A stretch of DNA of 64,000 nucleotides from Bacteroidales bacterium (GTDB lineage Bacteria > Bacteroidota > Bacteroidia > Bacteroidales > WCHB1-69). The position numbers and the translations under genes are program-made. Of the stretch, positions 19,797-29,599 are shown one piece after another. The notes beneath the pieces are model-generated. The model saw only the letters and a program-made list of their open reading frames with translations, was not told where the DNA came from and ran no database searches. How positions within the stretch are numbered: the first letter of the stretch is position 1; each line of letters starts with the position of its first letter. The stretch lies in contig JBLJBB010000006.1 of assembly GCA_047638115.1 (NCBI GenBank), positions 10,247 through 74,246 of the forward strand, in the 5' to 3' direction.

Positions 19797-19823
19797 CTCA
19801 CTCTTGTTTTAAAAATCAATCTA

Positions 19824-19831
19824 CAAAAATA
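19824..19831 (-). promoter_or_regulatory. -7 box TATTTTTG (minus strand) upstream of glnS
   Basis: Plus-strand CAAAAATA; 27 nt upstream of the glnS ATG (19796). Confidence 0.45.
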
Positions 19832-19910
19832 CAAAAAAATGGTGATATTTTTGCAATTATATTGAATGTATCCCCAAAACTTGTTTAACTAGAATCATAA
19901 AGAATTCATT

Positions 19911-21218
19911 TTATAATAAAAATGAGAGATTTTCTAAATGCACACCACGTGACCCTTTAATTAAAACCATACTCTCTTCGATAGGATTTTTAAGGATATA
20001 CTCATTTAACTCTTTTGTAGAAGGGAAAAAGTATGCTTTTTCGGTCATTAACTTTATGAATTGGGATCCCACAAAAAATGTTTTAATATTTAATTTTGTG
20101 CATAAATCAATAATTTTTTGATGTTCAAGTTTTGAAAAATCACCTAATTCGAACATATCTCCTAATATTGCAATTTTTTTTGGATGATCAATCATTGCAA
20201 AATTGTCAATAGCTGCAATCATACTAGTGGGGTTAGCGTTATAATAATCAGCTATAATTGTATTTGACCCACTTAATCTCACTTGAGAGCGTGAATTTGT
20301 AGGAATGTATGTTGAGATTGCTTCACAAATTTGATCTTCAGTAACTCCAAAATAACGACCAATAGCTGCAGCACACAAAATGTTATCCAAGTTATACACT
20401 CCAGTTAGATGTGTTGGAATTTCGTTTTCGAACATTGAAATTGTTAAGTAGGGGTTTAAACGAACAATAGTTCCATTAACTACAGAATCTTGATCGGTAC
20501 CGTAATATACAAAACGAACATTAGAATTGCCAAAAATTTTAAGATTTTTTTGATACCTTTGATTTGCTTCCTGAATTAACAATTGATCTTTGCCATTTAT
20601 AAATAGAGTTCCGTTTTCCTGGATAACAGAATCGTAAAGTCCCATTTTAGTGGAAATAATGTTTTCAAATGATCCAAACCCTTCCAAGTGTGCATGTCCA
20701 ATATTTGTGATTACTCCATGAGTTGGGTAGCAGATTTTACATAAATCTGCTATTTCTCCTAGATGATTTGCCCCCATTTCAATAATTGCAATTTCGTCTT
20801 CTTGGGTAACTGAAAGCAAAGAAAGAGGAACTCCTATATGATTATTAAGATTACCTTTAGTACACTTAGTTTTAAATTTTTGTGATAACACAGCGTTTAT
20901 AAGTTCTTTGGTAGTAGTTTTGCCATTTGTTCCTGTTATTCCAATAAAAGGTATTTTTAATTCTAATCGGTGAGAATTTGCTAAAATTTGGAGCGTTTCA
21001 AGTACATCTTTCACGACAAAGCATTGAGGATGATTTGTAAATTCTGAATTTTCTGTAACTACATATTTTGCTCCATTTTCAAGAGCTTGATTAACAAACT
21101 TATTCCCATCAAAATGTTCACCTTTCAGACAAAAGAAAATCGAATTAGGTATTATCGCCCTAGAGTCTGTAGAAATATTTGGGAATTCTAGAAATTTTGA
21201 ATATATTGTACTAATCAT
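19911..21218 (-). CDS. murF: UDP-N-acetylmuramoyl-tripeptide--D-alanyl-D-alanine ligase
   Basis: Mur ligase P-loop GITGTNGKTTTKE, MurF-like length. Sits next to gldJ, as in Flavobacterium johnsoniae. Confidence 0.9.
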   Translation of the reverse strand: MISTIYSKFLEFPNISTDSRAIIPNSIFFCLKGEHFDGNKFVNQALENGAKYVVTENSEFTNHPQCFVVKDVLETLQILANSHRLELKIPFIGITGTNGKTTTKELINAVLSQKFKTKCTKGNLNNHIGVPLSLLSVTQEDEIAIIEMGANHLGEIADLCKICYPTHGVITNIGHAHLEGFGSFENIISTKMGLYDSVIQENGTLFINGKDQLLIQEANQRYQKNLKIFGNSNVRFVYYGTDQDSVVNGTIVRLNPYLTISMFENEIPTHLTGVYNLDNILCAAAIGRYFGVTEDQICEAISTYIPTNSRSQVRLSGSNTIIADYYNANPTSMIAAIDNFAMIDHPKKIAILGDMFELGDFSKLEHQKIIDLCTKLNIKTFFVGSQFIKLMTEKAYFFPSTKELNEYILKNPIEESMVLIKGSRGVHLENLSFLL

Positions 21219-21246
21219 GATATAAGTTAATTAAAAAAAGGTAGTA

Positions 21247-21270
21247 TAAAAAAAACGGCTTTTGGCCGTT
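21247..21270 (-). terminator. rho-independent terminator after gldJ (minus strand)
   Basis: Minus-strand AACGGCcaaaaGCCGTT followed by a T-run. Confidence 0.55.
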
Positions 21271-21281
21271 TTAATTGTATT

Positions 21282-22796
21282 TTATTTTCTTTTTGTGGGT
21301 GGTCCTAGTCGGGCCATAGCACAACGGAATCCAATATAGTCAGTAGCTTCATCTTCATCAAGATATCTTCTTTGGCCAGGTGCAGCCCAATATTGAATAT
21401 CTTTCCAAGAACCACCTTTATAAACGCGAGCTCTATCACCGATTAAAGAGTATTGATAATCTTTATTTAAGTTTTTTCTATACATTTCATCAGTGCTGTA
21501 TTTTGTAGAATCACCAATCCAGTTTTGAGATTCCAAAACAGAAGCCCAGTCACCATCAAGGTAGTTTTTATTATCAGCGGTGCGGTAGTTTCTTCTTCTA
21601 TCATTTTTAAAATCTGAAACGGGAACCATTGGAACTCTACCTACACTGTCTCTCTCTTCAACTGTACCATCTTCAAGAAGTTTTTTTGTTTCGTAGTAGT
21701 TTCCTCTAAAAGGATTGAAGTCGGCAGCATCTTCAGAAGAAGAAGGACGATAAACATCAAGAACCCATTCTGCAACATTTCCACCCATGTTATATAAGCC
21801 GTAATCATTTGGCCAATAAGATTTTACATCAGTTGTAATATGACCAGCATCATTTAAGTATCCGGCAACACCCATGTAATCCCCTCTACCTCTTCGAAGG
21901 TTAGCAACATTATCACCCATATATTTTTTTTGATCAGTACGAACATAAGATCCATTCCAAGGATATATTCTTCTTTCAAGAACTCTTTCATTGAGTGTAT
22001 TTCCGATTAAACCGTAGGCAGCATATTCCCATTCTGCTTCTGTAGGTAGGCGATATTTAGGTAAAAGGATACCATCTTCCATTTTAACATTTCTATCCTC
22101 TTCTCTAGAGATATATTGTAATCTTTTGTCAGAATTAGATTCATAGGCATTATCACCATATGTTAAATAGGCATCAGTATTAAAGTAACCTTCAGGAGAA
22201 GGAGTTGTGTTATAGATAGCAAAACCAAGATCTACGAGTATTTTTTCGTTCACTCTATCTGTTCTCCAAGCTGCGTAATTTACAGCTTGCAACCAGCTAA
22301 CGCCAACTACAGGATAGTTACGAAATGCTGGATAACTGAAATAGTATTCAACTTCATTTTCAGCGTATTTCAAAGGAGAACGCCAAACGTTTTCATCTGG
22401 ATATGCATTATCATAAACAACTTTAAGGTCAGCAGGAACAAAAACTCTTTCAAGCCAATTTAAATATTCTTTATAATTAACATTACTAATTTCACATTCA
22501 TCCATGTAGAAAGAGGAGACTGTAACGCGGCGAGGTGTGTTATTCCATTCGTACATAACATCCTGTTCAACACGACCCATAACAAAAGTACCACCCTCAA
22601 CGAGAACTAAACCTGGGCCAGTTTGTTGTTCAACAAATGGAAAAACTTCAAAACCTCCATTTTTTGGGTCATTATATGTCCAACCGGTGGTATTAGAGCT
22701 TTCTTTGCATGAGGCCAATAGAAGTCCTGCAAATAAAGCAAAACAAAAAAACTTAGTGAACTTATTCATATCTATTTTAAATGTATTTTTTTTCAA
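21282..22796 (-). CDS. gldJ: gliding motility / T9SS lipoprotein GldJ (FGE-sulfatase/SUMF1-like fold)
   Basis: Lipobox LLASCKES. TGWTYNDPKNGGFE..EQQTGPGLVLVEGGTFVMG..RRVTVSSFYMDECEISN pattern. Synteny with murF, porP, porU, porV. Confidence 0.85.
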   Translation of the reverse strand: MKKNTFKIDMNKFTKFFCFALFAGLLLASCKESSNTTGWTYNDPKNGGFEVFPFVEQQTGPGLVLVEGGTFVMGRVEQDVMYEWNNTPRRVTVSSFYMDECEISNVNYKEYLNWLERVFVPADLKVVYDNAYPDENVWRSPLKYAENEVEYYFSYPAFRNYPVVGVSWLQAVNYAAWRTDRVNEKILVDLGFAIYNTTPSPEGYFNTDAYLTYGDNAYESNSDKRLQYISREEDRNVKMEDGILLPKYRLPTEAEWEYAAYGLIGNTLNERVLERRIYPWNGSYVRTDQKKYMGDNVANLRRGRGDYMGVAGYLNDAGHITTDVKSYWPNDYGLYNMGGNVAEWVLDVYRPSSSEDAADFNPFRGNYYETKKLLEDGTVEERDSVGRVPMVPVSDFKNDRRRNYRTADNKNYLDGDWASVLESQNWIGDSTKYSTDEMYRKNLNKDYQYSLIGDRARVYKGGSWKDIQYWAAPGQRRYLDEDEATDYIGFRCAMARLGPPTKRK

Positions 22797-22824
22797 ACGT
22801 TAATATCAAATCTTTTATTATATT

Positions 22825-23814
22825 TTAGTAGTGAGGGCAATTTAGCTCTCTAATTTGTCTTTTCTTTTCTGGGCAATTGAGTAATAGTTGAAGTGAAACT
22901 TCGTGAGCACCTCCAGAAATTCCGGATAATTGAGATGCAGTAATGTCGTATGAGTATCCTATTCTAAATTGTTCATGTTGAATTCCGCATGAGAAAATGA
23001 TAGCATCAATATTTTGCATGCTGTGACGTAACCAAAGACCAACAGTAAATGGGTAGAAATTCAAATAAAATCCTTCATTAAAATAATGAAATGTTTGTTG
23101 TTGTTGGTAAATAAAGTTAGGGCTAATTGAGATATCACCGAAAGTTAGTTCTTTTTTACTTTTACGTTTAAGGTCAAAATATCCACCGATATGACCTGTA
23201 AATTTGATAGGTACTTTATAGGTTTCAGAAATAAACCCCACATACATTGGAACGATATGATGTGCTGAAAATCCAAAATAAAAATTTTGAAAATATCCTA
23301 AAAAACCACCTGCAAAATCAAATTGACCTTTTGCTAAATCACCTGGAGGTAATTCTGCAGATTGGTAAACGAAACCATATTTAGGGTCAATCATATCTCC
23401 AAAAGTAAGTTTGCTCCAATCCAAAGATGTTTGATAATACCCTGCAGAGAGTGCAAATCTCATATTAAATTTTCTTGTTAACTTCAATTTAAAAGAATAC
23501 ATCAAACTTGCGCTGTATGTATTAAATGTACCTTGACCAGCTCTATCACCAAATAGAAGAACACCTATACCTCCATTTAATTTATCAAAATGTTGGTCAT
23601 AAGATACTGAATATGAAACAAATTCACCTTTTATGCTTGGCCATTGATCTCTAAAGCTAGTAGTAACACGTGGGCAAACGTTTGTACCAGCCATAGCAGG
23701 ATTCAAATAGAGTGGGTTTGCATAAAATTGTGAAAAATGGGCATCTTGTCCTTTTACTAAATTATTAGTAAACAACAATGCCAGGGTCAATAGCATAAAT
23801 ATTAGTCTAGACAT
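22825..23814 (-). CDS. PorP/SprF family type IX secretion system membrane protein
   Basis: Signature QDAHFSQFYANPLYLNPAMAG after the signal peptide. Start set to ATG 23814 (MSRLIFML) because a TACTTTTG -7 box (23838-23845, minus) lies inside the longer track ORF. Confidence 0.8.
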   Translation of the reverse strand: MSRLIFMLLTLALLFTNNLVKGQDAHFSQFYANPLYLNPAMAGTNVCPRVTTSFRDQWPSIKGEFVSYSVSYDQHFDKLNGGIGVLLFGDRAGQGTFNTYSASLMYSFKLKLTRKFNMRFALSAGYYQTSLDWSKLTFGDMIDPKYGFVYQSAELPPGDLAKGQFDFAGGFLGYFQNFYFGFSAHHIVPMYVGFISETYKVPIKFTGHIGGYFDLKRKSKKELTFGDISISPNFIYQQQQTFHYFNEGFYLNFYPFTVGLWLRHSMQNIDAIIFSCGIQHEQFRIGYSYDITASQLSGISGGAHEVSLQLLLNCPEKKRQIRELNCPHY

Positions 23815-23837
23815 ATTATATTTTGAATTTTGCGTTG

Positions 23838-23845
23838 CAAAAGTA
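23838..23845 (-). promoter_or_regulatory. -7 box TACTTTTG (minus strand) upstream of porP/sprF-gldJ-murF
   Basis: Plus-strand CAAAAGTA; 23 nt upstream of ATG 23814. Confidence 0.45.
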
Positions 23846-23882
23846 ATCATTTTTTTCTAATATTCGTTTTAATAATTTTGTT

Positions 23883-23890
23883 TATTTAAT
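23883..23890 (+). promoter_or_regulatory. -7 box TAATTTTG upstream of porU
   Basis: TAnnTTTG match 67 nt upstream of ATG 23958, in the divergent porP/porU intergenic region. Confidence 0.35.
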
Positions 23891-23957
23891 AATTTTTTTG
23901 ATTTTCAAACGTTCTTTAACAAAAAATGGATTTGAATTTCAATAATAATAACGGAAT

Positions 23958-26900
23958 ATGAAACAAAAAACTTGGGTATCTCTAATAATATTTTTATTAT
24001 TTTTTCATTATAGTGTTTATAGTCAAGCTCAAAACCTAACTAAAAAGTTTACTATTGAGTGGAAAGATCCATTACATTTTCAGCAAGATGAACAAAATAT
24101 TATTTCACTTCTTCATTTTACAAATGCAATTGCTGCTCAGAATTTTCCTACTTTACCCTCCTATAATGATAAAATTGCATTAAATAGTGATTATGAAATT
24201 TTTTTGTATACCGTTAAGAACATTCAAACTTCCACTTTTACTTCAGAAGAACGAAGTTTAATCCCTGCCAATTTTTTTCAATCTGAGTTAAAAATTGATA
24301 TTCAATCTGGGACTCTCGAAAACACTAATTTTGCATTAGTTTCTTTTATACCTATAATATTTATTTCAAATACTCCATATAAAGTGATCTCTTTTGAATT
24401 CGAAATAACACCTTCAATTCCCAAAATAAAAAGAGATTATAGAGGTGTAAAAAATTCTGTATTATCAACAGGGAATTGGTATAAAATCGCGATCAATCAA
24501 ACTGGACTACACAAAGTAACCTATAATGACTTAGTTGCGTTAGGTGTTACTGCAAGTAGTTTCCCTTCAGCAAATATTTCTTTATTTGGTAATGGTGGAG
24601 GAGTATTGCCTGATTCCAATAGTATTGACAGGATCAGTGACCTGGCGGAGAATTCTATTTTAGTGGTTGATGGCGGAGATGCTATGTTTAATAGTGGAGA
24701 CTATTTTGTTTTTTATGGTAGTGGGATTCATTCATGGAAATATGATGAAATTACAAATCAGTTTAATCATACTTTTAATATTTATTCGGAACAAACGTAC
24801 TATTATATTACTATTGATCCATCAATTGGTGATAAAAAAAGGGTTCAAGTTGTTGATAATTCGTCACTTTCAGAAAATATGAGTGTGTCAACATTTACAC
24901 ATTATGATTTTTATGAAAATGATAAAATAAATTTTGGTGAATCAGGAGTTCTATGGTTTGATGAAGGGTTTGATATTGTTACAAGTAAGTCGTATAGTTT
25001 TGTTGTTCCTGAATTTACTGGAACAGCAGCTAGGTTAACTATCTCAGCTGCATCAACTGCAAATCAGACCTCCACTTTTTCAATTGTTGCAGATGGAACA
25101 CCTTTACAAAATATGCCTCTTGGAGGATTGTCATCTCATGACTATGCTGTTGGATCTACAAGAACATACACTATTTCCAACATTACCTCACCTTTAACAA
25201 TAGACCTTACATATAATAAACCTCAGAGTTCTTCAGCTGCCTATTTGGACTATATTGAATTGGAAATGATTGGAAATCTTAAAATGTATACTAATCAATT
25301 TCCGTTTTGCAATCCTCAGACACGTGGGATGAATAATATAACTCAATTTAACATTGGGAATTCAAATTCTTTGACGAAAGTTTGGGATGTAACCATTCCT
25401 ACTAATCCTGTTCAAATCTTAGGAGCACTAAATGGTACTCAATTTTCATTTAAATCACCAACTTCTGATCTTAGGAAATTTGTTGCATTTAATGGGAGTT
25501 CATACTATTCAGTATTAAACATTGGAAAAGTAAAGAATCAAAATTTAATTGGAACTTGTGATGTAGATTTTATTATTCTTAGCCATCCAGATTTTGTGAG
25601 TGAAGCAGAACGATTGGCTCAATTTCGCAGAGAAAATGATGGATTATCAGTGATGGTTGTAACGCCAGAACAAGTATATAATGAGTTCTCCTCAGGTGCA
25701 CAAGATCCCACTGCGATTAGAGATTTTATGAGAGCCATTTATAAAAAAACGGAAGGTGTTTATCCAAAATACTTGTTGTTACTTGGAAGGCCTTCATACG
25801 ATTATAGAGGGAAAGTTAGTGGTACAAAATTATTTGTTCCAAATTATCAAACTTATTATTCTTTAAATGAGAATTCATTAGGTGCAAATGATGATTATTT
25901 TGCATTGTTAGATGATAACGAAGGAGGAAATTGTACAGGATTGTTAGATATTGGTATTGGAAGATTTCCAGTTTCAACGCTACAACAAGCAAAAATTTGT
26001 GTAGATAAAACGATTCAATACTCCTCAAAAACAAATTTAGTGGCTTCAAATTCTCCGATGGTTTCTAATTTTGGAGATTGGAGAAATGTAATTACCTTCG
26101 TAGGAGATGATGAAGATGGACATTTCCACATGATGACTGCAGATGCAGGTGCTCAACAGATTGCCTTAAATTACCCACATTTCAATATAGATAAAATTTA
26201 TTGTGATGCTTTTCAACAAGTTTCCTATGCAGGAGGACAAAGGTATCCTGAAGTAAATAGAGCGATCAATAATAGAATGGATAGAGGGTGTTTAATGTTT
26301 ACTTATGCCGGACATGGTGGAGGAAATGGATGGGCAACAGAAAGAATTCTGGAGATTTCAGATATCAATAAGTGGCAAAATAAATATAATCAACCATTAA
26401 TGATTAATTTAACTTGTTCATTTGGATGGATTGATAGAAAGGCCACATCTCCTTCTGAATTAGTTTTCGTAAATGATAAAGGGGGAGCTGCAGCTATGAT
26501 TACAACATCAAGAGTGGCATTTACTGGCTCAAATTATTCTTTTTGTAATGCAATGTTTAAAACATTATTGATTGATGAAAATGAAGACATTATTACTATT
26601 GGAAACTTTAATAAAGCTGCCAAAAATGGTGTGGGTGGTGCTCAATTTGGAGTGAATATGTACGTAGTTTTAGGTGATCCATCGATGAAAATTAATTTCC
26701 CCAAATATTATGTTATAACAGATTCTATAAATGGTGTTTCAACAAGTATTTCTATGGATACTTTAAAAGCATTGGATAAAGTAACTGTCAAGGGTAGGGT
26801 TACGAATAAAGAGGGGGTAACTTTAACCAATTTTAATGGGAACATTTATCCTTCAATTTTTGATAAGGAGATTAAAGCGGTTACATTAATGAACGATCAA

Positions 26901-27788
26901 GTTGAATCTGGAGAACCATTTGAGTTTGATTTACAAAAAAACATCCTTTTCAAAGGGAATGCTTCTGTGATAAATGGCGTTTTTGAATTTTCATTTATTG
27001 TTCCCAAGGATATCAATTATGCTTATGGTAATGGAAAATTTAGTTATTATGCCAGATCAAACCAAGCTGATGGAGCTGGCTATTTTAAAGATGTTATCAT
27101 TGGTGGTTTTAGTGATAACCCAATAGTTGATGAAATTGGTCCAGATATTAAAGTATATTTAAATGATGAAAAATTTGTAAATAATGGTATCACGGATCAA
27201 AATCCATTGTTATATATTATACTAACTGATGAAAATGGAATCAATACAACTGGAAATGGTATAGGTCACGATTTGATTGCAATCTTAGATAATCAAACAG
27301 AAAAACAGATCATTTTAAATGACTATTATCAAGCAAATCAAGATAGTTTTAATTCTGGAACAGTAAAATATCCTTTAGAGGGTTTGTCTGTTGGAAATCA
27401 TACTTTAAAAATTAGAGCATGGGATATTTCAAACAATGTATCAGAAAAAACGATAGAATTTCAAGTAGTTTCAAATGAAAAATTATCTATAGATCATGTC
27501 CTTAACTATCCAAATCCATTTACAACTAAAACAACCTTCTTTTTTGAACATAATCAAGTAGGAGAAACATTTGATGTTATGGTTCAAATCTTTACAATTT
27601 CTGGAAAACTTATTAGAACAATCCATTCAACTCAATTATTAAATGGGAATCGAAGTGAAGGGATTGATTGGAATGGGTTAGATGATTATGGTGACAAAAT
27701 TGGGAAAGGCACGTATATTTATAAATTAAGTGTTCGAAATAGTATGGGTCAATCAACAGAAAAATTTGAAAAGATAGTTATACTATAA
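23958..27788 (+). CDS. porU: type IX secretion system sortase PorU (peptidase C25 family)
   Basis: 1276 aa. Gingipain-like block (YLLLLGRPSYDYRG, FTYAGHGGGNGW) and its own C-terminal sorting-like domain (VLNYPNPFTTKT). Immediately upstream of porV. Confidence 0.85.
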   Translation: MKQKTWVSLIIFLLFFHYSVYSQAQNLTKKFTIEWKDPLHFQQDEQNIISLLHFTNAIAAQNFPTLPSYNDKIALNSDYEIFLYTVKNIQTSTFTSEERSLIPANFFQSELKIDIQSGTLENTNFALVSFIPIIFISNTPYKVISFEFEITPSIPKIKRDYRGVKNSVLSTGNWYKIAINQTGLHKVTYNDLVALGVTASSFPSANISLFGNGGGVLPDSNSIDRISDLAENSILVVDGGDAMFNSGDYFVFYGSGIHSWKYDEITNQFNHTFNIYSEQTYYYITIDPSIGDKKRVQVVDNSSLSENMSVSTFTHYDFYENDKINFGESGVLWFDEGFDIVTSKSYSFVVPEFTGTAARLTISAASTANQTSTFSIVADGTPLQNMPLGGLSSHDYAVGSTRTYTISNITSPLTIDLTYNKPQSSSAAYLDYIELEMIGNLKMYTNQFPFCNPQTRGMNNITQFNIGNSNSLTKVWDVTIPTNPVQILGALNGTQFSFKSPTSDLRKFVAFNGSSYYSVLNIGKVKNQNLIGTCDVDFIILSHPDFVSEAERLAQFRRENDGLSVMVVTPEQVYNEFSSGAQDPTAIRDFMRAIYKKTEGVYPKYLLLLGRPSYDYRGKVSGTKLFVPNYQTYYSLNENSLGANDDYFALLDDNEGGNCTGLLDIGIGRFPVSTLQQAKICVDKTIQYSSKTNLVASNSPMVSNFGDWRNVITFVGDDEDGHFHMMTADAGAQQIALNYPHFNIDKIYCDAFQQVSYAGGQRYPEVNRAINNRMDRGCLMFTYAGHGGGNGWATERILEISDINKWQNKYNQPLMINLTCSFGWIDRKATSPSELVFVNDKGGAAAMITTSRVAFTGSNYSFCNAMFKTLLIDENEDIITIGNFNKAAKNGVGGAQFGVNMYVVLGDPSMKINFPKYYVITDSINGVSTSISMDTLKALDKVTVKGRVTNKEGVTLTNFNGNIYPSIFDKEIKAVTLMNDQVESGEPFEFDLQKNILFKGNASVINGVFEFSFIVPKDINYAYGNGKFSYYARSNQADGAGYFKDVIIGGFSDNPIVDEIGPDIKVYLNDEKFVNNGITDQNPLLYIILTDENGINTTGNGIGHDLIAILDNQTEKQIILNDYYQANQDSFNSGTVKYPLEGLSVGNHTLKIRAWDISNNVSEKTIEFQVVSNEKLSIDHVLNYPNPFTTKTTFFFEHNQVGETFDVMVQIFTISGKLIRTIHSTQLLNGNRSEGIDWNGLDDYGDKIGKGTYIYKLSVRNSMGQSTEKFEKIVIL

Positions 27789-27838
27789 AATATTTATAGT
27801 ATTTTCGCGTTTCTTTTAAACTTAATTAATTATATTTA

Positions 27839-29086
27839 ATGTTTATGACACAAAAGTCTTTTTTTATTGCTCTAATCATCTCAATTTCAGCAATATATTC
27901 ATATTCTCAAGATTTTAATTTTGAAAATCCTTCATCTCCATATTCTAATCCGATTACCACTGCAGTACCCTCATTATTAATTTCACCAGATTCAAGAGGG
28001 TCTGGAATGGGAGAACTTGGGGTTGCAACTTCATCTGATATCAATTCTCAACACCATAATGCCGCAAAATATGTTTTTAACAAAAGTATGTTTGGGATTT
28101 CTATGTCATACAGTCCGTGGCTTAAGGAATTAGTTGGTGATATCGATTTAGCATATGTAGCTGGATTTGTGAAATTAACCGAGATGGATGCTATCGCAAT
28201 GTCTTTAAGATATTTCTCAATGGGAGCTATTCAATTTACTGACTATTTTGGTCAACCTATTGGAGGTGAGAGAAGTCCACACGAATATGCTATAGATCTT
28301 TCCTATAGTAGAAAATTTACTGATGCTTTTTCAATGGCCATAACACCTAGGTTTATATACTCTAATCTTGCCTCTAATGTTGAAGTTGGAGGTTTAGATA
28401 TGAAACCTGGAATGGCTGGTGCTGCTGATGTAGCTTTTTTCTATGAACAAGATTTTAAATCTTTAAATTATGCGAACCAAACTGTAAGAGCAGGGTTGGT
28501 TGTTTCAAATATTGGTAATAAAATCTCATACACTAATGGTAGCATTAATAAAGATTTTCTTCCAACAAATTTGCGTATTGGAATCTCTTACGCTGTAGAT
28601 TTTGACAAATATAACAAACTAACTTTTAGTGGTGAACTAAGTAAATTGTTAGTTCCTACTAAACCCATCATAATGACCGATGAACTAGGAAGACCGATAA
28701 TGAATGGGGAAGAGTATACATACTTTGGAAATGGAATTAATCCTCAAAGGATCAGTGTTGTACAAGGAATGATTAGATCTTTTTATGATGCTCCTGGTGG
28801 GTTTAATGAAGAGATGAGAGAGATTATTTGGTCTTTTGGTGCGGAATATTATTATAATGACTTATTCTCATTAAGAGCAGGTGCTTTTTTTGAGAATAAA
28901 TATAAAGGAAGTAGAAAATTTGCAGAGATTGGGATTGGTTTAAAATATAATGTGTTTAATATTGATGTTTCATATTTAATTTCATTTACAAAATCAAATC
29001 CTTTAGAAAATACGCTCAGGTTTTCATTAGGATTTAATTTTGATTCTTTTTATGCCAGTGAAATTAAAAAACAAGGTATAAAGTAA
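27839..29086 (+). CDS. porV: type IX secretion system outer membrane shuttle protein PorV (LptO)
   Basis: N-terminal NPITTAVPSLLISPDSRGSGMGELGVATSSDINS pattern of PorV. Beta-barrel length 415 aa. Confidence 0.85.
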   Translation: MFMTQKSFFIALIISISAIYSYSQDFNFENPSSPYSNPITTAVPSLLISPDSRGSGMGELGVATSSDINSQHHNAAKYVFNKSMFGISMSYSPWLKELVGDIDLAYVAGFVKLTEMDAIAMSLRYFSMGAIQFTDYFGQPIGGERSPHEYAIDLSYSRKFTDAFSMAITPRFIYSNLASNVEVGGLDMKPGMAGAADVAFFYEQDFKSLNYANQTVRAGLVVSNIGNKISYTNGSINKDFLPTNLRIGISYAVDFDKYNKLTFSGELSKLLVPTKPIIMTDELGRPIMNGEEYTYFGNGINPQRISVVQGMIRSFYDAPGGFNEEMREIIWSFGAEYYYNDLFSLRAGAFFENKYKGSRKFAEIGIGLKYNVFNIDVSYLISFTKSNPLENTLRFSLGFNFDSFYASEIKKQGIK

Positions 29087-29098
29087 AATTTTTCTCAA

Positions 29099-29593
29099 AT
29101 GAATTTTAGAGTAGGGTTTGGATACGATTCTCATAAATTGGTTGATAAAAACATCAACCAATTTCCTTTTATAATTGGAGGTATTGAGATCCCTTTTGAA
29201 AAAAGTTGCATTGCTCATTCTGATGGAGATGTATTTATTCATGCACTTTGTGATGCGATGCTAGGAGCTGCTGCTCTTCAAGATATTGGGACACACTTTC
29301 CAGATGACGACCTGAAATATCAAAATTGTAATAGTCAACTTCTTTTGTCTGAAGTAGCATCACTAATTTCTCAGAATGGGTGGTTTATTAACAATATTGA
29401 TGCCACTATTATATTAGAAAAACCTAAGTTAGCACCATATAAAGAACAAATTAGAAAAAATATTGCATCTATACTTTCTATTTCAGAAAATCAAGTTTCA
29501 GTAAAAGCTAAAACTAACGAACAACAAGATTCTGTTGGACGTGGTGATAGTGTAGTTGCATATGTAGTTGTATCAATAATATCAAAACAATAA
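29099..29593 (+). CDS. ispF: 2-C-methyl-D-erythritol 2,4-cyclodiphosphate synthase
   Basis: RVGFGYDSHKL, HSDGDVFIHALCDAMLGA and DIG.HFP motifs. 164 aa. Confidence 0.95.
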   Translation: MNFRVGFGYDSHKLVDKNINQFPFIIGGIEIPFEKSCIAHSDGDVFIHALCDAMLGAAALQDIGTHFPDDDLKYQNCNSQLLLSEVASLISQNGWFINNIDATIILEKPKLAPYKEQIRKNIASILSISENQVSVKAKTNEQQDSVGRGDSVVAYVVVSIISKQ

Positions 29594-29599
29594 TAAATT

